A stretch of DNA of 64,000 nucleotides from an uncultured Gemmatimonadales bacterium (GCA_963850905.1 CAWKMU010000003.1:896001-960000), one strand, 5' to 3'; positions 49,599-60,629 are shown, counted from the stretch's first letter. The notes: generated from the letters alone by a model not told the origin. Numbers and translations: made by a program.

Positions 49599-52089
49599 TC
49601 ATTGGCCCCGTAGCGCGATGACGGGATCCACGCTGCCAGCGCGCCGCGCGGGGAGATAGCTGGCGAGCGCTGCCACCGTGCCTAGCAATAACGTGACTGC
49701 CGATGAACGTGACGGGGTCCAGCGGCGCTATGCCAAAGAGCAACGAGCGCATCGCCCTGGCGAGAATGACGGCTCCGGCGACGCCAATCACCACTCCAAT
49801 CGTCGCGAGTCCCAGCGCGTTCTGGACGATGAGGTGTACGATCTGGCGACGCTGTGCCCCGAGCGCCACGCGGATCCCAATTTCAGGCACGCGCTGTGAG
49901 ACCATGTATGCCAGGACGCCATACAGTCCAATGGAAGCAAGGAGCAGCGCCACCATCGAAAAGCTCCCCAGCACCGAGGTGGTGAATCGCTGGCGCGCAG
50001 TCTGGTCAGCCAGATCCTGCTGGGCAGTGACCATACCGGTGACCGTGACGTCGGGGTCGGCCGCTGCCACCGCTCGACGAATCGCCGGGATGAGAGCGGC
50101 TGGAGGCCCTGCGGTGCGGAGGATCACGTCTGCGGCGCCCCAAACCGGTCGTGTGTACGGCATGTAGATGAGCGGATCGGGTTGGTCGCTGGTCAGATTG
50201 CGTCTCACGTCGCCGACGATGCCAATGACCCTCACCGCGATTGGCTTTTGAAAATCGGGGTCGTATACGGAGCCGTTCAACACGGTGAGCGGATGGTCGA
50301 TCGGATCGGTGCCATCCGGCCAATAGCGGCGCGCCATGGCGCGCGTGATGACCGCGACTGCGGCGTCCGGGGTCATGTCCGCATCGGTGAAATCCCGTCC
50401 GCGTAGCAGCGGGATGTGCATCGTGGCGAAGTACCGCGGCGTGACCGTGACATACCCAACGCCCACGGTATCAGCGGCCGGATCCCTGCCATCGACCCCA
50501 ACCGAGGAGGGGACACCTGCGGGGCCGATCGGCGCGTGGTTCACCAACGCGCCGCCCACCACCCCAGGAACTCTCGCAGCAGCCAGTTCGCGCTTGAACC
50601 GCTCAAAGCGCTTGACCGGGTCCGCCATCTCGGGCGTTCGAGCGCCGCCCATACGCCAAACAACGAGATGGCCCGGATCGAATCCGACGTCGACGTGTCG
50701 GAGATTGCTGAAGCTCCGAACCAGCAGCCCGGCACCGACGATCAAGACCATCGAGATGGCCAGCTGACCTACGACGATGCCGCCTCGCAGACGAAGTCCC
50801 CGTGTCGTGCCGCTCGTCCCCCGACCCCCACTCTTGAGCGTGCCGACGAGTTGGGTCGGCCGCAGTGTCAGGAGAGGCACGAGGCCGCAAAGAATGACAG
50901 ACGTGACTGCGGCGACGACCGCGACCATGATGGCTGGATTGTCGACGGTTATTTCGTCCAAGCGAGGTATGTCACCGGGCGAGGTCGCGATGAACAGCCG
51001 AACGGCGGCGAACGCGACGGCGATACCGATGCCGGTTGCGACTGTCGCGATAATCACGCTCTCGGCGAGCAGGTAACGCATCAATCGCCCGTAGCCCGCC
51101 CCCATCGCGGTCCGGACTCCAAGCTCACGCGACCGCGCCAGCCCGCGTACGAGCGACAAGTTCGCGACGTCACTCGTGGCGAGGAGGAATATCAGCAATA
51201 CCGCACCGGCGAGTACGCCGAGCGCTGGTCGGACGTCGCCGACCACTGCATCGCGCATCGACGTCACGTTCCCCACAAGTCCCGAATCGGATGCGGGGTA
51301 CGCCGCCGCTAAACGAGCGGCGACCACGGTGAGACGGCGTCGTGCCTCCTCGATCGTCACGCCGGGGGGCAACCGCGCGATCGTGCGGGAATCAGCATGG
51401 TTCCCGCGTTTTTGGAGCGCACCCTGCATGTGCGCCACGGTGTTGAGCGGCAGATACACGTCCGAGCGTAGCCCTGGCAGCCACTCCGGGTATGCTTGCC
51501 CGCGATCGAGAACGCCCACTATGGAATAACTGCCAACATCGGAGTCGAGGCTGCGCCCTATGACATGCGTGTCGCTTCCGAAATTCGATGTCCACTCGCC
51601 ATAGCTCAGGACAGCGACCGGCTCAGCGCCCGGAACGAAGTCTCCCGCGACAAGCGTGCGCCCGAGAACCGGTCGCGCTCGCAACAGCGGGAAGAAATCC
51701 TCAGTGACCATCGCCGCAAGCAGTTGGAACGCACCATCGTGACGGCGCACCATCACCGGGCCACCGGTCTCGAAGGCCATGCCGGCGAAGGCACCGCTTT
51801 GCTCACGAAAGTCGACAAAGTCGGGGTACGACGGTGGGATCTTGTCGAATTGCGGCGCCGCGGACCATACGTTCACGAGCTGTGCGGGTCCGGCGTACGG
51901 CAGTGGCTTGAGCAATACGTTCCCGACGACGCTGTACGCGGCCGTAGTCGCCCCAATGCCCAGGGCGAGCGTCAGGATTGCCGTGACCGTATAGATCGGC
52001 GCGCGCGCCAGCGCCCGCACGGCGTGACGAAGGTCTGCCCCAATGCCGTCGCCCAGGCGACGCGCGGACCTTCGCGCGCCGGACACCAT
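49599..52089 (-). CDS. ADOP-family duplicated ABC permease; frameshift ~49700 hides the true C-terminus
   Basis: DLRHAVRAL..LALGIGATTA, SYPDF.DFR, RELGVRTAMGA, EIGIRVALGA; alternate frame ends ASYLPARRAGSVDPVIALRGQ* at 49599. Confidence 0.92.
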
Positions 52090-52841
52090 CAGGTCATCCA
52101 CCCGTCACGCAGCTGTACGATGCGCTTGCCCACCGCGGCGTTTTCTTCCGAGTGAGTCACCTGGACGATGGTCGTCCCCTTGGCGTTGAGATCGCGGAAC
52201 ATGGTCATGATCTCGCGCCCCTGACTCGAGTGCAGATTGCCCGTCGGCTCATCGGCCAGAATCACGGCGGGTCGCGCAATCACAGCGCGCGCGATGCCGA
52301 CGAGTTGCTGTTGCCCACCCGAGAGCTGTCGAGGATACAGGTCTTTCTTCCCGACGATGCCAAATCGATCGAGCGCGTCCGCGACCAGTGCCTGGCGCTC
52401 CGCCTTGGGGACATCGCGATACGACAGCGGCACCTCGAGGTTCTCTGCCACCGTGAGCTCGTCCAGCAGATGGTACTGCTGGAAGACGAAGCCAATGTGC
52501 CGGCGACCGAGTGCGATCCGGCCCTTGTGGGGCAGGCGATGCACTGCCTGGCCGGCGAGTGTGTATTCACCGGTCCAGCCGCTGTCGAGCATGCCGAGCA
52601 CGTTGAGCAGCGTGGACTTCCCCGCGCCCGACGGACCCATGATCGAGACGAAGTCGCCGAGCGCAATGTCGAGCGTGATGTTGCGGAGTACGTACGTCCG
52701 CGTGCCCCCGGCTTCGTAAAACCGCTCGAGGTTCCGCATCGAGACGAGCGGACCATCGGTGACGAGCGGCGCGGCAGCCGGGCCGACGCCGACGGCGCCC
52801 TCCGGCACCTCGCGGGTTGCAGTTCGGCGGGAAAAAATCAT
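52089..52841 (-). CDS. ABC transporter ATP-binding protein (MacB/LolD-like)
   Basis: [23 protein letters not shown]. Confidence 0.95.
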   Translation of the reverse strand: MIFSRRTATREVPEGAVGVGPAAAPLVTDGPLVSMRNLERFYEAGGTRTYVLRNITLDIALGDFVSIMGPSGAGKSTLLNVLGMLDSGWTGEYTLAGQAVHRLPHKGRIALGRRHIGFVFQQYHLLDELTVAENLEVPLSYRDVPKAERQALVADALDRFGIVGKKDLYPRQLSGGQQQLVGIARAVIARPAVILADEPTGNLHSSQGREIMTMFRDLNAKGTTIVQVTHSEENAAVGKRIVQLRDGWMT

Positions 52842-55309
52842 TCGGTCCTCAGCGTCGTGACAGGATCGACGCGGGCCGCGCGCCGGGCGGGAACGTAGCA
52901 GGCAACCACAGACACCAGGGTCAGGAGGACCGCGACGCTCGCGAAGGTGAGCGGGTCGGTGGGACTCACGCCAAACAGCTGGCTCGCAACGAACCGTGTG
53001 ACGATGAATGCGCCCGCCAATCCCACTACCCCGCCAGCGACCGCGGGCATCACGCCCTGTTTGAGCATGAGGGCGATCACATCAGTGGCGTGTGCACCAA
53101 GCGCCAGTCGAATCCCGGCCTCGCGGCTGCGCTGCGCCACGACGTAGGAAACCACGCCGTACAGGCCAACCGCCGCGAGCGCCAGCGCGACGATCCCGAA
53201 GAGCGTGAACAGCACGGCCCCGATGCGATACGGCTTGAACTGCGGATCGAGCACATCGGCGAGCGCATGCACATCAATGTACGGAAGGTTTGGCGCGAGC
53301 TCGGCCAGCGTCCTCCGTACCTGCGGAATGACCTGGTGGGGATCGCCCGACGTACGAACGATGAGTGTCGGCGGCATACCGGGATTGCGCTGCGCGTACG
53401 GCACCACGAAGTACGCGGTCGGCGGTTCCGCGAGCTCCTCATACTTACCGTCGGCCATGATGCCCACCACGTACCTGCACGACGGCCGCCCCGATCCTCC
53501 CGGCCCAGAGATGAGGAAGCACTGGCCGATGGCGTTCTGTGTTGGCCACAGCCGTCGCGCCATGGTCTCGTTGACAACGGCGACCGGGAGCGTCCCCGCG
53601 CGATCTGCTGCCGAGAGGTCGCGGCCCTGCAGGAGACGGGCGCCATCGACGCGGACGATGTCCGGCGCCGCGAAGTTTATCATGAAGGGCCGACCGTCCT
53701 GGTGAGTCGTGTCTTGTCCCGGCAGGGATACATGCAATCCCATCATGCCCTGGAACGGCGGGAGGCCGACGTAGCTGGCGCCGACCACTCCCGGCAGCGC
53801 GGACAGACGCTCGACGGCCCGGTTGTAGAACTCCGCGCGAGCCGCCGAGTCGTAACCCGCCTGGTCCAGACCAATCGTCGTTACGACGATGTGCGTGGCA
53901 TCAATCCCCAGGTCGACTGCGCGCGCGTTGCGAAGCGAACGAACGAACAACCCCGCGCCGGCGAGCACCACGAGTGACAACGCCGCTTGCAACGCGAGCA
54001 GTCCGGCCTGGAGAATCGCCGGGCGCCGGCTCAGTCGACCAGTCGCACTGGCGAGTGAACCGAGGACGCTCGCGCGAGTTGTGAGCAATGCCGGTGCGAG
54101 ACCAGCCGCCAGAGCCGTGACAAGAGCGATCGCGCCTGTAAACGCGAGTGCGAAAAGATCGAGGCCGGCTGCCGGCAATGAAAGCAGCTTGACACTTCCC
54201 GCTCCCAACACGCTGAGCACCGCCCCCAGCACGGCGCCGACCGATGCGAGCAGGAAGCTCTCGATCAGGAGTTGCCGAACGAGCTGCGATCGGCGCGCGC
54301 CGAGCGACAGACGGACGGCGAACTCGCGCTCGCGGCTCGCGCCACGAGCGAGCAGGAGGTTTGCGACGTTCGCGCACGCAATGAGAAGAACAAAGGCAAC
54401 CGCACCAGAGACCCAGAGTGCAATGGTCGCAGACGGACCGCGCTGCGGTCCCAACGCAGCCAGCAACGGCGCCGCGATCACACGCACATTCGGGTCGAGA
54501 TCGCGAGCAGCGACCGCGTCCACCCGGCGTTTGATCCCGGTTGCCTCGAGCTCCGCGTCATGAGCCGCGACGCCCGGTGCCAGCCGAGCCACGAAGCTCA
54601 GCCAGATCGCGTGGCGCTCCGGCAAGATCTCCGGGCCGAAAAAGCCGTGTATCTGGGCGAACGGTAACCACACCTCGACCGGGTTGAGGTCGAAGCCCGA
54701 AAAGCCCCGCTGCGTTACGCCGACGATAGTGTAGGGACGCGCATCGAGCTGGATGGCTCGGCCGATAACCCGCGGGTCGCCGCCAAAATCGCGCTGCCAG
54801 CACCCGTAACTGATGACAGCGACCGGGTGTGCACCGGCGATGCTGTCCTCGTCGGCCAGGAAGAAGCGCCCGAGCTCCGGACGAGTACCGAGGATGCCGA
54901 AGTACCCCGCGGTGACGTACTGGCCGTCCCACTGGCGCGCCGTGGGCCCGACACCAAAACTGAACTCACCGGCGGTGTACGCCGCGACGTCCTTGAGCGT
55001 GCGCTTGGTCGCACCGCGGAGGTCCGTGTAGTCCGGGTATGATCCCGGCGCCGCCACCGGAGACGGAGCGCCAGGCATGCGCCGCTCCAGATACAATCGG
55101 ACGACGCGACCCGGGTCCTGAATGCCCGCTGGCGGCTTGAGAAAGAGATGCTCGGCCACGCCGAACATCGTTGTGTTCGCACCGATGCCGATCGCCAGAC
55201 ACAAAAGGGCGATCGTGGTGAACGCCGGCGCGTTGCGCAACGACCGCACTGCATACCGTACGTCGCCCCAGGCACCATCCCAGAGCGTCGACCGGTCCTT
55301 CCGGATCAT
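52838..55309 (-). CDS. ADOP-family duplicated ABC permease
   Basis: GIGANTTMF, IACANVANLLLAR, REFAVRLSLGA, PARRAARVDP..LRTE. Confidence 0.95.
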   Translation of the reverse strand: MIRKDRSTLWDGAWGDVRYAVRSLRNAPAFTTIALLCLAIGIGANTTMFGVAEHLFLKPPAGIQDPGRVVRLYLERRMPGAPSPVAAPGSYPDYTDLRGATKRTLKDVAAYTAGEFSFGVGPTARQWDGQYVTAGYFGILGTRPELGRFFLADEDSIAGAHPVAVISYGCWQRDFGGDPRVIGRAIQLDARPYTIVGVTQRGFSGFDLNPVEVWLPFAQIHGFFGPEILPERHAIWLSFVARLAPGVAAHDAELEATGIKRRVDAVAARDLDPNVRVIAAPLLAALGPQRGPSATIALWVSGAVAFVLLIACANVANLLLARGASREREFAVRLSLGARRSQLVRQLLIESFLLASVGAVLGAVLSVLGAGSVKLLSLPAAGLDLFALAFTGAIALVTALAAGLAPALLTTRASVLGSLASATGRLSRRPAILQAGLLALQAALSLVVLAGAGLFVRSLRNARAVDLGIDATHIVVTTIGLDQAGYDSAARAEFYNRAVERLSALPGVVGASYVGLPPFQGMMGLHVSLPGQDTTHQDGRPFMINFAAPDIVRVDGARLLQGRDLSAADRAGTLPVAVVNETMARRLWPTQNAIGQCFLISGPGGSGRPSCRYVVGIMADGKYEELAEPPTAYFVVPYAQRNPGMPPTLIVRTSGDPHQVIPQVRRTLAELAPNLPYIDVHALADVLDPQFKPYRIGAVLFTLFGIVALALAAVGLYGVVSYVVAQRSREAGIRLALGAHATDVIALMLKQGVMPAVAGGVVGLAGAFIVTRFVASQLFGVSPTDPLTFASVAVLLTLVSVVACYVPARRAARVDPVTTLRTE

Positions 55310-56094
55310 GCGACCCCGAATCCGCTCTGTCCCAGTGTGGCGGAATCAGCTGCGCGCCGCGCGCCTTCCTCCTCCTCGACGACGCGGCCGTCGAAGAGAT
55401 GGATCGTGCGTTCCGCATGGCGGGCGAAACGCGGATCGTGCGTCACCATGCAGATCGTCGCACCGCCCTCGTGCAACTCACGGAGGAGGCCCATGACCGC
55501 CTCTCCGTTCTGCGAGTCGAGGTTTCCAGTGGGCTCGTCTGCGAGGAGGATCAACGGATCACCGGCCACGGCCCTCGCCACTGCGACGCGCTGCTGCTGA
55601 CCACCCGAGAGCTGGGCCGGGTAGTGTTTCGTGCGGTGCGCCATCCCGACACGCTCGAGCGCTTTTTGCACACGCTCCCGACGCTCTGCCGATGGCATGC
55701 CGCGATAGGTCAGCGGCAACTCGACGTTCTCGTAGACCGTGAGGTCGCCGATCAGATTGAACGCTTGAAAGATGAAACCGATCTGTCGATTGCGAACGCG
55801 CGCACGATCGGCCGCCGACAGCGTCCCGACGCCCTGACCCGCGAGTGTATACACCCCGCCGGTCGGCGTGTCGAGCAACCCGAGAATCGACAGCAGCGTC
55901 GTCTTGCCACATCCCGACGGACCGCCGATGGCGACGTATTCGCCTTCGCGGATCTCGAGATGCACCTCGTCCAATGCATGTGTCTCCATCTCGTCGGTGT
56001 AGAACACCTTGGTAATTCCGTCGAGGCGGATGAGGGGAGCGGCGCCGCTGCTCGGTGTGAGCGGCGACGGAGTCCGTGATGTTGCGGTCGTCAT
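55306..56094 (-). CDS. ABC transporter ATP-binding protein (MacB/LolD-like)
   Basis: [35 protein letters not shown] overlap. Confidence 0.95.
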   Translation of the reverse strand: MTTATSRTPSPLTPSSGAAPLIRLDGITKVFYTDEMETHALDEVHLEIREGEYVAIGGPSGCGKTTLLSILGLLDTPTGGVYTLAGQGVGTLSAADRARVRNRQIGFIFQAFNLIGDLTVYENVELPLTYRGMPSAERRERVQKALERVGMAHRTKHYPAQLSGGQQQRVAVARAVAGDPLILLADEPTGNLDSQNGEAVMGLLRELHEGGATICMVTHDPRFARHAERTIHLFDGRVVEEEEGARRAADSATLGQSGFGVA

Positions 56095-57335
56095 TCGATA
56101 CGCACCTTGTTGACGTTGTCCCACGCAGACATGTCTGAGATGATCACCTTGTCTCCAACCTTCAACCCGCCGCGGACCTCGATCGTCGTGACCGATGCGC
56201 GGCCAAAGTTCACAGGCTGGCGGACAGCGGTGTGACCATCCGCCTCTACCTTAAACAACCCGACGGTCGCATCGGTTTGCGCGAACGCAGGTCGTCCTAC
56301 ATAGAGGACATCGTCCAGGCGCTCAATCTGGATCGTTCCGTCGACACTCAGGTCGGGCCGAGCCCCTGGTGGGAGCGCGGCCGGTAGGGTCACATCGACG
56401 TTCACGGTACCATTGAGCACCACCGGGTCGATGCGCATCACCTTCCCCGTCACCACCCCGTTCCGGGTGTCTACGTCGACCGACTGCCCAATCGTCACGT
56501 CCTTTGCCTGGGTCTCAGGCACCTTGAGCACCGCCTTGAGGTGCCCTGGCTGCGCGACCTTGGCCAGCACCTGACCTGGCGTCACCCACTGCCCGAGCTC
56601 CCACGGCAGCTCTTGAAGTATTCCGCTGTCGCCCGCGACCACGTGCATTGAAGCGACGCGCTGGTTCTGAAACTCGACAATCGCCTTCAGACGGTCGATT
56701 TGCCGTTTCTGCACCTCGACCTGCTGGTCGATGCCATTCGTGAGCATCTTGACTTGGTCGCGTGCCGCGGCGACACGCGCATTCGCCTCGCGAATGCGGT
56801 CCGCCGAGCTGTCGACTTCCATCCGCGACGAAAATCCCTTCTTGTCGAGCGCCGCCAGTGCCACTGACTGGCGAGCCGCATTCGCCGAGTCTCGCACTGC
56901 CGTGGCGAGTGTGCTTTGCGCAGTCAGCTGCTCGTTGGAGAGCTGGGTCCCATTCGTGATCAGCTGCGATTGCGCGGCCGCGAGCTGCTGCTGTGCGGTC
57001 AGCGCCTCGAGCTGCACGTCGGGATTGCTCAGCACCAACAGCTCGGTGCTAGGCATGACCCTCGCACCAGGCCTGAGCGGCAACGCCTCGATGCGCCCCG
57101 CCGTCAGGGCAGAGATGAATCGGACCTGCTCCGGCTCGAGAGTGCCCGGTGCGCGCACCTGTCGCAGCATCGTGCCGCGGCGCACCGTGTCGACCATAAG
57201 CGTGCCTGCTTCGACGGAGGGCGGCCGCGACTCGAGTCGGCTGACGGCGATCGTGACGAAGACGAGCGCCACGAGGCCCGCTCCGGCGAGCACGTAGCGC
57301 TTCGTGCGTTTGGGTCGTTCTCTGGCAATGTCCAC
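56091..57335 (-). CDS. HlyD/MacA-family periplasmic adaptor (efflux MFP)
   Basis: N-terminal TM, VRRG.MLRQVRAPGTL, coiled coil, GARPDLSVDG.I, GLKVGDKVIISD. Confidence 0.93.
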   Translation of the reverse strand: MDIARERPKRTKRYVLAGAGLVALVFVTIAVSRLESRPPSVEAGTLMVDTVRRGTMLRQVRAPGTLEPEQVRFISALTAGRIEALPLRPGARVMPSTELLVLSNPDVQLEALTAQQQLAAAQSQLITNGTQLSNEQLTAQSTLATAVRDSANAARQSVALAALDKKGFSSRMEVDSSADRIREANARVAAARDQVKMLTNGIDQQVEVQKRQIDRLKAIVEFQNQRVASMHVVAGDSGILQELPWELGQWVTPGQVLAKVAQPGHLKAVLKVPETQAKDVTIGQSVDVDTRNGVVTGKVMRIDPVVLNGTVNVDVTLPAALPPGARPDLSVDGTIQIERLDDVLYVGRPAFAQTDATVGLFKVEADGHTAVRQPVNFGRASVTTIEVRGGLKVGDKVIISDMSAWDNVNKVRIE

Positions 57336-57348
57336 GACTGTAGTATAG

Positions 57349-57474
57349 GGAAAAGGCAGGCCAGCCCGATACTGCTTTGCAAGCGTTTGCCGCCGAAGGC
57401 TTTATGCAACGGCAGCGGCCGCTCCAGCGGGTCGATTTTGTGCGTGACCGGGACCCCTCGTCCCAAAATCGGAC
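57349..57474 (-). promoter_or_regulatory. Candidate sigma54-type promoter (imperfect) and upstream enhancer palindrome GTCC-N7-GGAC
   Basis: Minus-strand TGGCCTGCCTTTTCC at 57363-57349 (-12 element imperfect); GTCCCAAAATCGGAC at 57460-57474; a sigma54 activator is encoded downstream of the operon. Confidence 0.35.
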
Positions 57475-57546
57475 AGGGTGGGCTGGGACGTTGGAGGGGC
57501 GGGTGACGCATGACGGGCGACGGCAACTACGCCTGCCATTCGGCGG

Positions 57547-57676
57547 GTAGGGGCGACGCAATGCGTCGCCCGTCGTTGGCGAACGGCGAACGCCGCCCGC
57601 GCGTGCATTTTGGGGCGTCCGACGGATTGTGGGTCGCATCGCCGCACCGTAGGGCGACGCACTGCGTCGCCCCTAC
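57547..57676. repeat. GTAG-type REP doublet (inverted pair)
   Basis: GTAGGGGCGACGCAATGCGTCGCCC ... GGGCGACGCACTGCGTCGCCCCTAC. Confidence 0.85.
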
Positions 57677-57782
57677 CCGCCGTTGTTAAGGGTCGTGGCC
57701 GTTTCCACCCGGCCCTATCTAGCGGCTGGGGCCGGGCTGGGGAATCTTTCGCTTCTCACGACAAACACTGGAGCATGAGACC

Positions 57783-58208
57783 ATGCCGACGCGTCGCGCG
57801 ACTGCCGTATGGGAAGGGGGGCTACAGCAGGGCAAGGGGACGGTGAAAACGGAGAGTGGGGCGCTCGACGTGCCATACTCCTTCAGCACGCGCTTTGGAA
57901 CGGTGAAGGGATCGAATCCAGAGGAACTGCTCGCCGCCGCAGAGGCCGCGTGCTACGCAATGGCGTTGAGCGCTGGCCTGGAGCGGGCAGGGACACCGGC
58001 AACGCGCATCGAGGCGGCCAGCTCGTGTACGATTGACAAGGTCGGTGATGCGTTCAAGATCACGACCTTGAAGCTGACGGTGCGCGCGTCCGTACCGGGC
58101 ATTGCGGCAGACGCGTTCCAGAAAGCTGCCCAGACCACGAAGGAGACCTGTCCAGTGTCAGGCGCACTCAAGAGCGTTCCGATCGAATTGGACGCGGCAC
58201 TCGTCTGA
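57783..58208 (+). CDS. osmC: OsmC peroxiredoxin
   Basis: A.WEGGL..GKG, YSFSTRF, NPEELLAAA..ACY.MALS, CPVS.AL. Confidence 0.93.
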   Translation: MPTRRATAVWEGGLQQGKGTVKTESGALDVPYSFSTRFGTVKGSNPEELLAAAEAACYAMALSAGLERAGTPATRIEAASSCTIDKVGDAFKITTLKLTVRASVPGIAADAFQKAAQTTKETCPVSGALKSVPIELDAALV

Positions 58209-58268
58209 GCACACGCGTCGCGGGTCGTCAGTCGCTTTCGCCTTCCCAACATCTCATCGAGGGTCCGA

Positions 58269-58763
58269 ATGAGTCGTCGCATCGTCGGTAGCGTCGTGCT
58301 GTCGCTCGTCGTTGGAGTCGGGTCAGCCCGCGCGCAAACTCCATCGGGCGCGACGCCCGATCAGCAGCTTCTGCAGGGTGTGGCCAATCTCAATCAGGGC
58401 GTCGCGCTCCTCGCACACGAGACGATGCATCGGCCGGGGACGTTCCCGTCCAAGACCGACGCGCAGGGCGTCGATAAGCTGCACGACGATCAAATGGACC
58501 ACATCCACGCCGCACTCGGCATGCTCAACGACGCGTACACGCCGAAGGCGTCGCACGCCGACTCGGCCCGCGCGGCGGCGCTCGGCAAGCAATCAGGTGC
58601 GGCCTACGACAGCGCCTTCCGCGCCAATGTGGTGCAGCTCGATGACCAGGCGATTCAGATGATCGACAAGTACATGTCGCAGCTCACAAACGCCCAGATC
58701 AAGACGATGGCCCAGCGGCTGCGCGACGCGGACGCCGCGGAGGTGAAGAAGCTGGGCGGCTAG
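58269..58763 (+). CDS. Secreted helical ferritin-like protein (DUF305/DUF4142-like)
   Basis: Signal peptide; DQQLLQ.., GAAYDSAF..NVV, IKTMAQRL. Confidence 0.7.
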   Translation: MSRRIVGSVVLSLVVGVGSARAQTPSGATPDQQLLQGVANLNQGVALLAHETMHRPGTFPSKTDAQGVDKLHDDQMDHIHAALGMLNDAYTPKASHADSARAAALGKQSGAAYDSAFRANVVQLDDQAIQMIDKYMSQLTNAQIKTMAQRLRDADAAEVKKLGG

Positions 58764-59356
58764 TCGCCGAGCCCGTGTTGCAGCGTCGCCGCCTTGCTCC
58801 GCATCACTAGCGCCAACCCTGCGATCACGCACACCAGGATCACTCCCCAAATCACGACCCACTCGGCCGCCGTGGTGGTATGCGCGATCGACATAGCGGC
58901 GGGATTCGCACGCTCGTCTGAGCCGCCACCCATGCCCGGCATACCGGCCATGCCGGTGTCCTTCGCGGAACCCCCGGCGGTGGTAGCCGCCGTCGTGACA
59001 GCGCCCACGACGAGATCGGCACGCGCGGTGACGTCACCGTCCGACGCGATCACGACGAGTGTGTAGGGACCGGCTGGCACGTTCTTCGGCACCATCAGCG
59101 ACATCTGGAACGCGCCCGCAGTGTCCGTATGCACGGCGCCCACGGGGAAGTTGTCCAGTACCCCCCGCAACTCGAGGTTGAGCGCAGAGCTCTTGGGCAG
59201 TTTTTCGCCGCGCACATCGACGGAACCGCCGATGGCCACCTGATGACTCGATACGTGAATAGCTCCCGTTTCGTGCGCCGACGCGGGAGACGTGGGCGAG
59301 AGAACTAGTCCAACGCCGGCTGCGGCGACAGCGGCAACGAGATGGGGAAGGCGCAT
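58760..59356 (-). CDS. Exported membrane-anchored protein with N-terminal His after the signal peptide and a Met-rich linker
   Basis: ..PASA|HETG, Ig-like beta domain (VP..VPAGPYTLVV), GMAGMPGMGG, C-terminal TM; start 59356 or 59398. Confidence 0.75.
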   Translation of the reverse strand: MRLPHLVAAVAAAGVGLVLSPTSPASAHETGAIHVSSHQVAIGGSVDVRGEKLPKSSALNLELRGVLDNFPVGAVHTDTAGAFQMSLMVPKNVPAGPYTLVVIASDGDVTARADLVVGAVTTAATTAGGSAKDTGMAGMPGMGGGSDERANPAAMSIAHTTTAAEWVVIWGVILVCVIAGLALVMRSKAATLQHGLGD

Positions 59357-59404
59357 AGAAGGGCGAGCTGGAGTCGAGGATCGGGAGATGTGAGACATTG
59401 GAGG

Positions 59405-59487
59405 TTAGACGCTGGATAACAAACCTCGGGGCGAGCTAAACGCGCCGTGGCTGGCCTTTTGTCTCCAGCGTCCAACGTCTAACGTCT
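59405..59487. repeat. Heptamer-armed palindromic element
   Basis: TTAGACGCTGG-ATAACAAACCTC..GGCTGGCC..TTTGTCT-CCAGCGTCCAACGTCTAACGTCT. Confidence 0.85.
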
Positions 59488-59499
59488 CATCCGTTGCAC

Positions 59500-60558
59500 T
59501 CACATTTTCATTCCAAGATGGGACATCTGCGGGGCGAAGAATCCGTAGATGATGCCGCCGACATAGAAGACGAGAATGAGCAGCGCGAAGGCCGTGACGA
59601 GGCGGGGGCGGGGTCGACCCTCTCGAGGCCGGTCGATGAGCGGCACGAGAAAGAGAAAACCGAATATCACGATGGGAGCGAAGATCATGCCCGTCATCCC
59701 CATGGTGTTTTCGACGACATAGATCCAGAGGAACGGCCAGTACGGTTTGGTGACTTCGTAGCCCGCCACTGCCGGATACCCGATGTGCGGAGGGAACACG
59801 ACCGCGAGGATGCCGGCGAGTCCCACGAGGAGCAGTGCATAGCCCGTGAGTTTGGGCAAGTGCTCGGAGAAGCGGCTCGTCTTCGGCTGCGGCGAATTGA
59901 TGCCGATCATGCGGATGAGCCAGAAGTGCAGCGCGACGAGCGCGAGCAGCAGGATCGGCAACAAGCTCACGTGCGCGCTGTGCATCCGGCTGATGAGGTT
60001 CGTGCTCTGGGCAAAGTCGGGACTCATGGGTGCGCCGAGCGGCCCCGAGATCTTCGCACCCGCCACAGCGTGCGCCAACGCCTCAGCCCCCTCCTCATCC
60101 CCTCGCAGCACGGTGCCGGTGAAAGCCATGGCGAACAGCACAATCGCGAGGGCGACCCCGGCCCACCAAGTCATCTCGCGCGGTTTGACGTAGCTGCGAC
60201 GCCAGAACACCCAGCACAGGTGAAAGAACACAGTCACCAACACAATGCTGGCGCCCCAGTAGTGGAGACCGCGGATCCAGTACCCCAGCGGCACCTTCGT
60301 CATGATGTACACGACGCTGTCGTGCGCAGCGACCGGATCGGGGTTGTAGAACTGGTCCAGCACGATCCCGGTGGCGATGAGCAGCAGGATACCGGCAAGC
60401 GTGAGCCCGCCCAGCATGTAGGCGAGCCGGTTCGCCTCGGGCGCGATCGGGTAGTCGAGCCCCTCGAGCGCGAGACGCTCCCGCGCTACACTGGAGACCG
60501 CATTGGCCGGCGGCGTGCCGGATGTGCGCGTGCCGACGGGCAGCTCGGCGATGGACAA
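59500..60558 (-). CDS. Cytochrome b/b6-family protein (stand-alone)
   Basis: YMLGGL, IRGLHYWGAS...FHL, KPREMTWWAG, HVSLLP..LH: four heme-ligating His present. Confidence 0.9.
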   Translation of the reverse strand: MSIAELPVGTRTSGTPPANAVSSVARERLALEGLDYPIAPEANRLAYMLGGLTLAGILLLIATGIVLDQFYNPDPVAAHDSVVYIMTKVPLGYWIRGLHYWGASIVLVTVFFHLCWVFWRRSYVKPREMTWWAGVALAIVLFAMAFTGTVLRGDEEGAEALAHAVAGAKISGPLGAPMSPDFAQSTNLISRMHSAHVSLLPILLLALVALHFWLIRMIGINSPQPKTSRFSEHLPKLTGYALLLVGLAGILAVVFPPHIGYPAVAGYEVTKPYWPFLWIYVVENTMGMTGMIFAPIVIFGFLFLVPLIDRPREGRPRPRLVTAFALLILVFYVGGIIYGFFAPQMSHLGMKM

Positions 60559-60629
60559 GGTCGCTCCGGATGAAACGGTGGAGCGGAAAAATCTAGTGTC
60601 GGGCGCTTCTCACACGAGAGGTGGAAACG

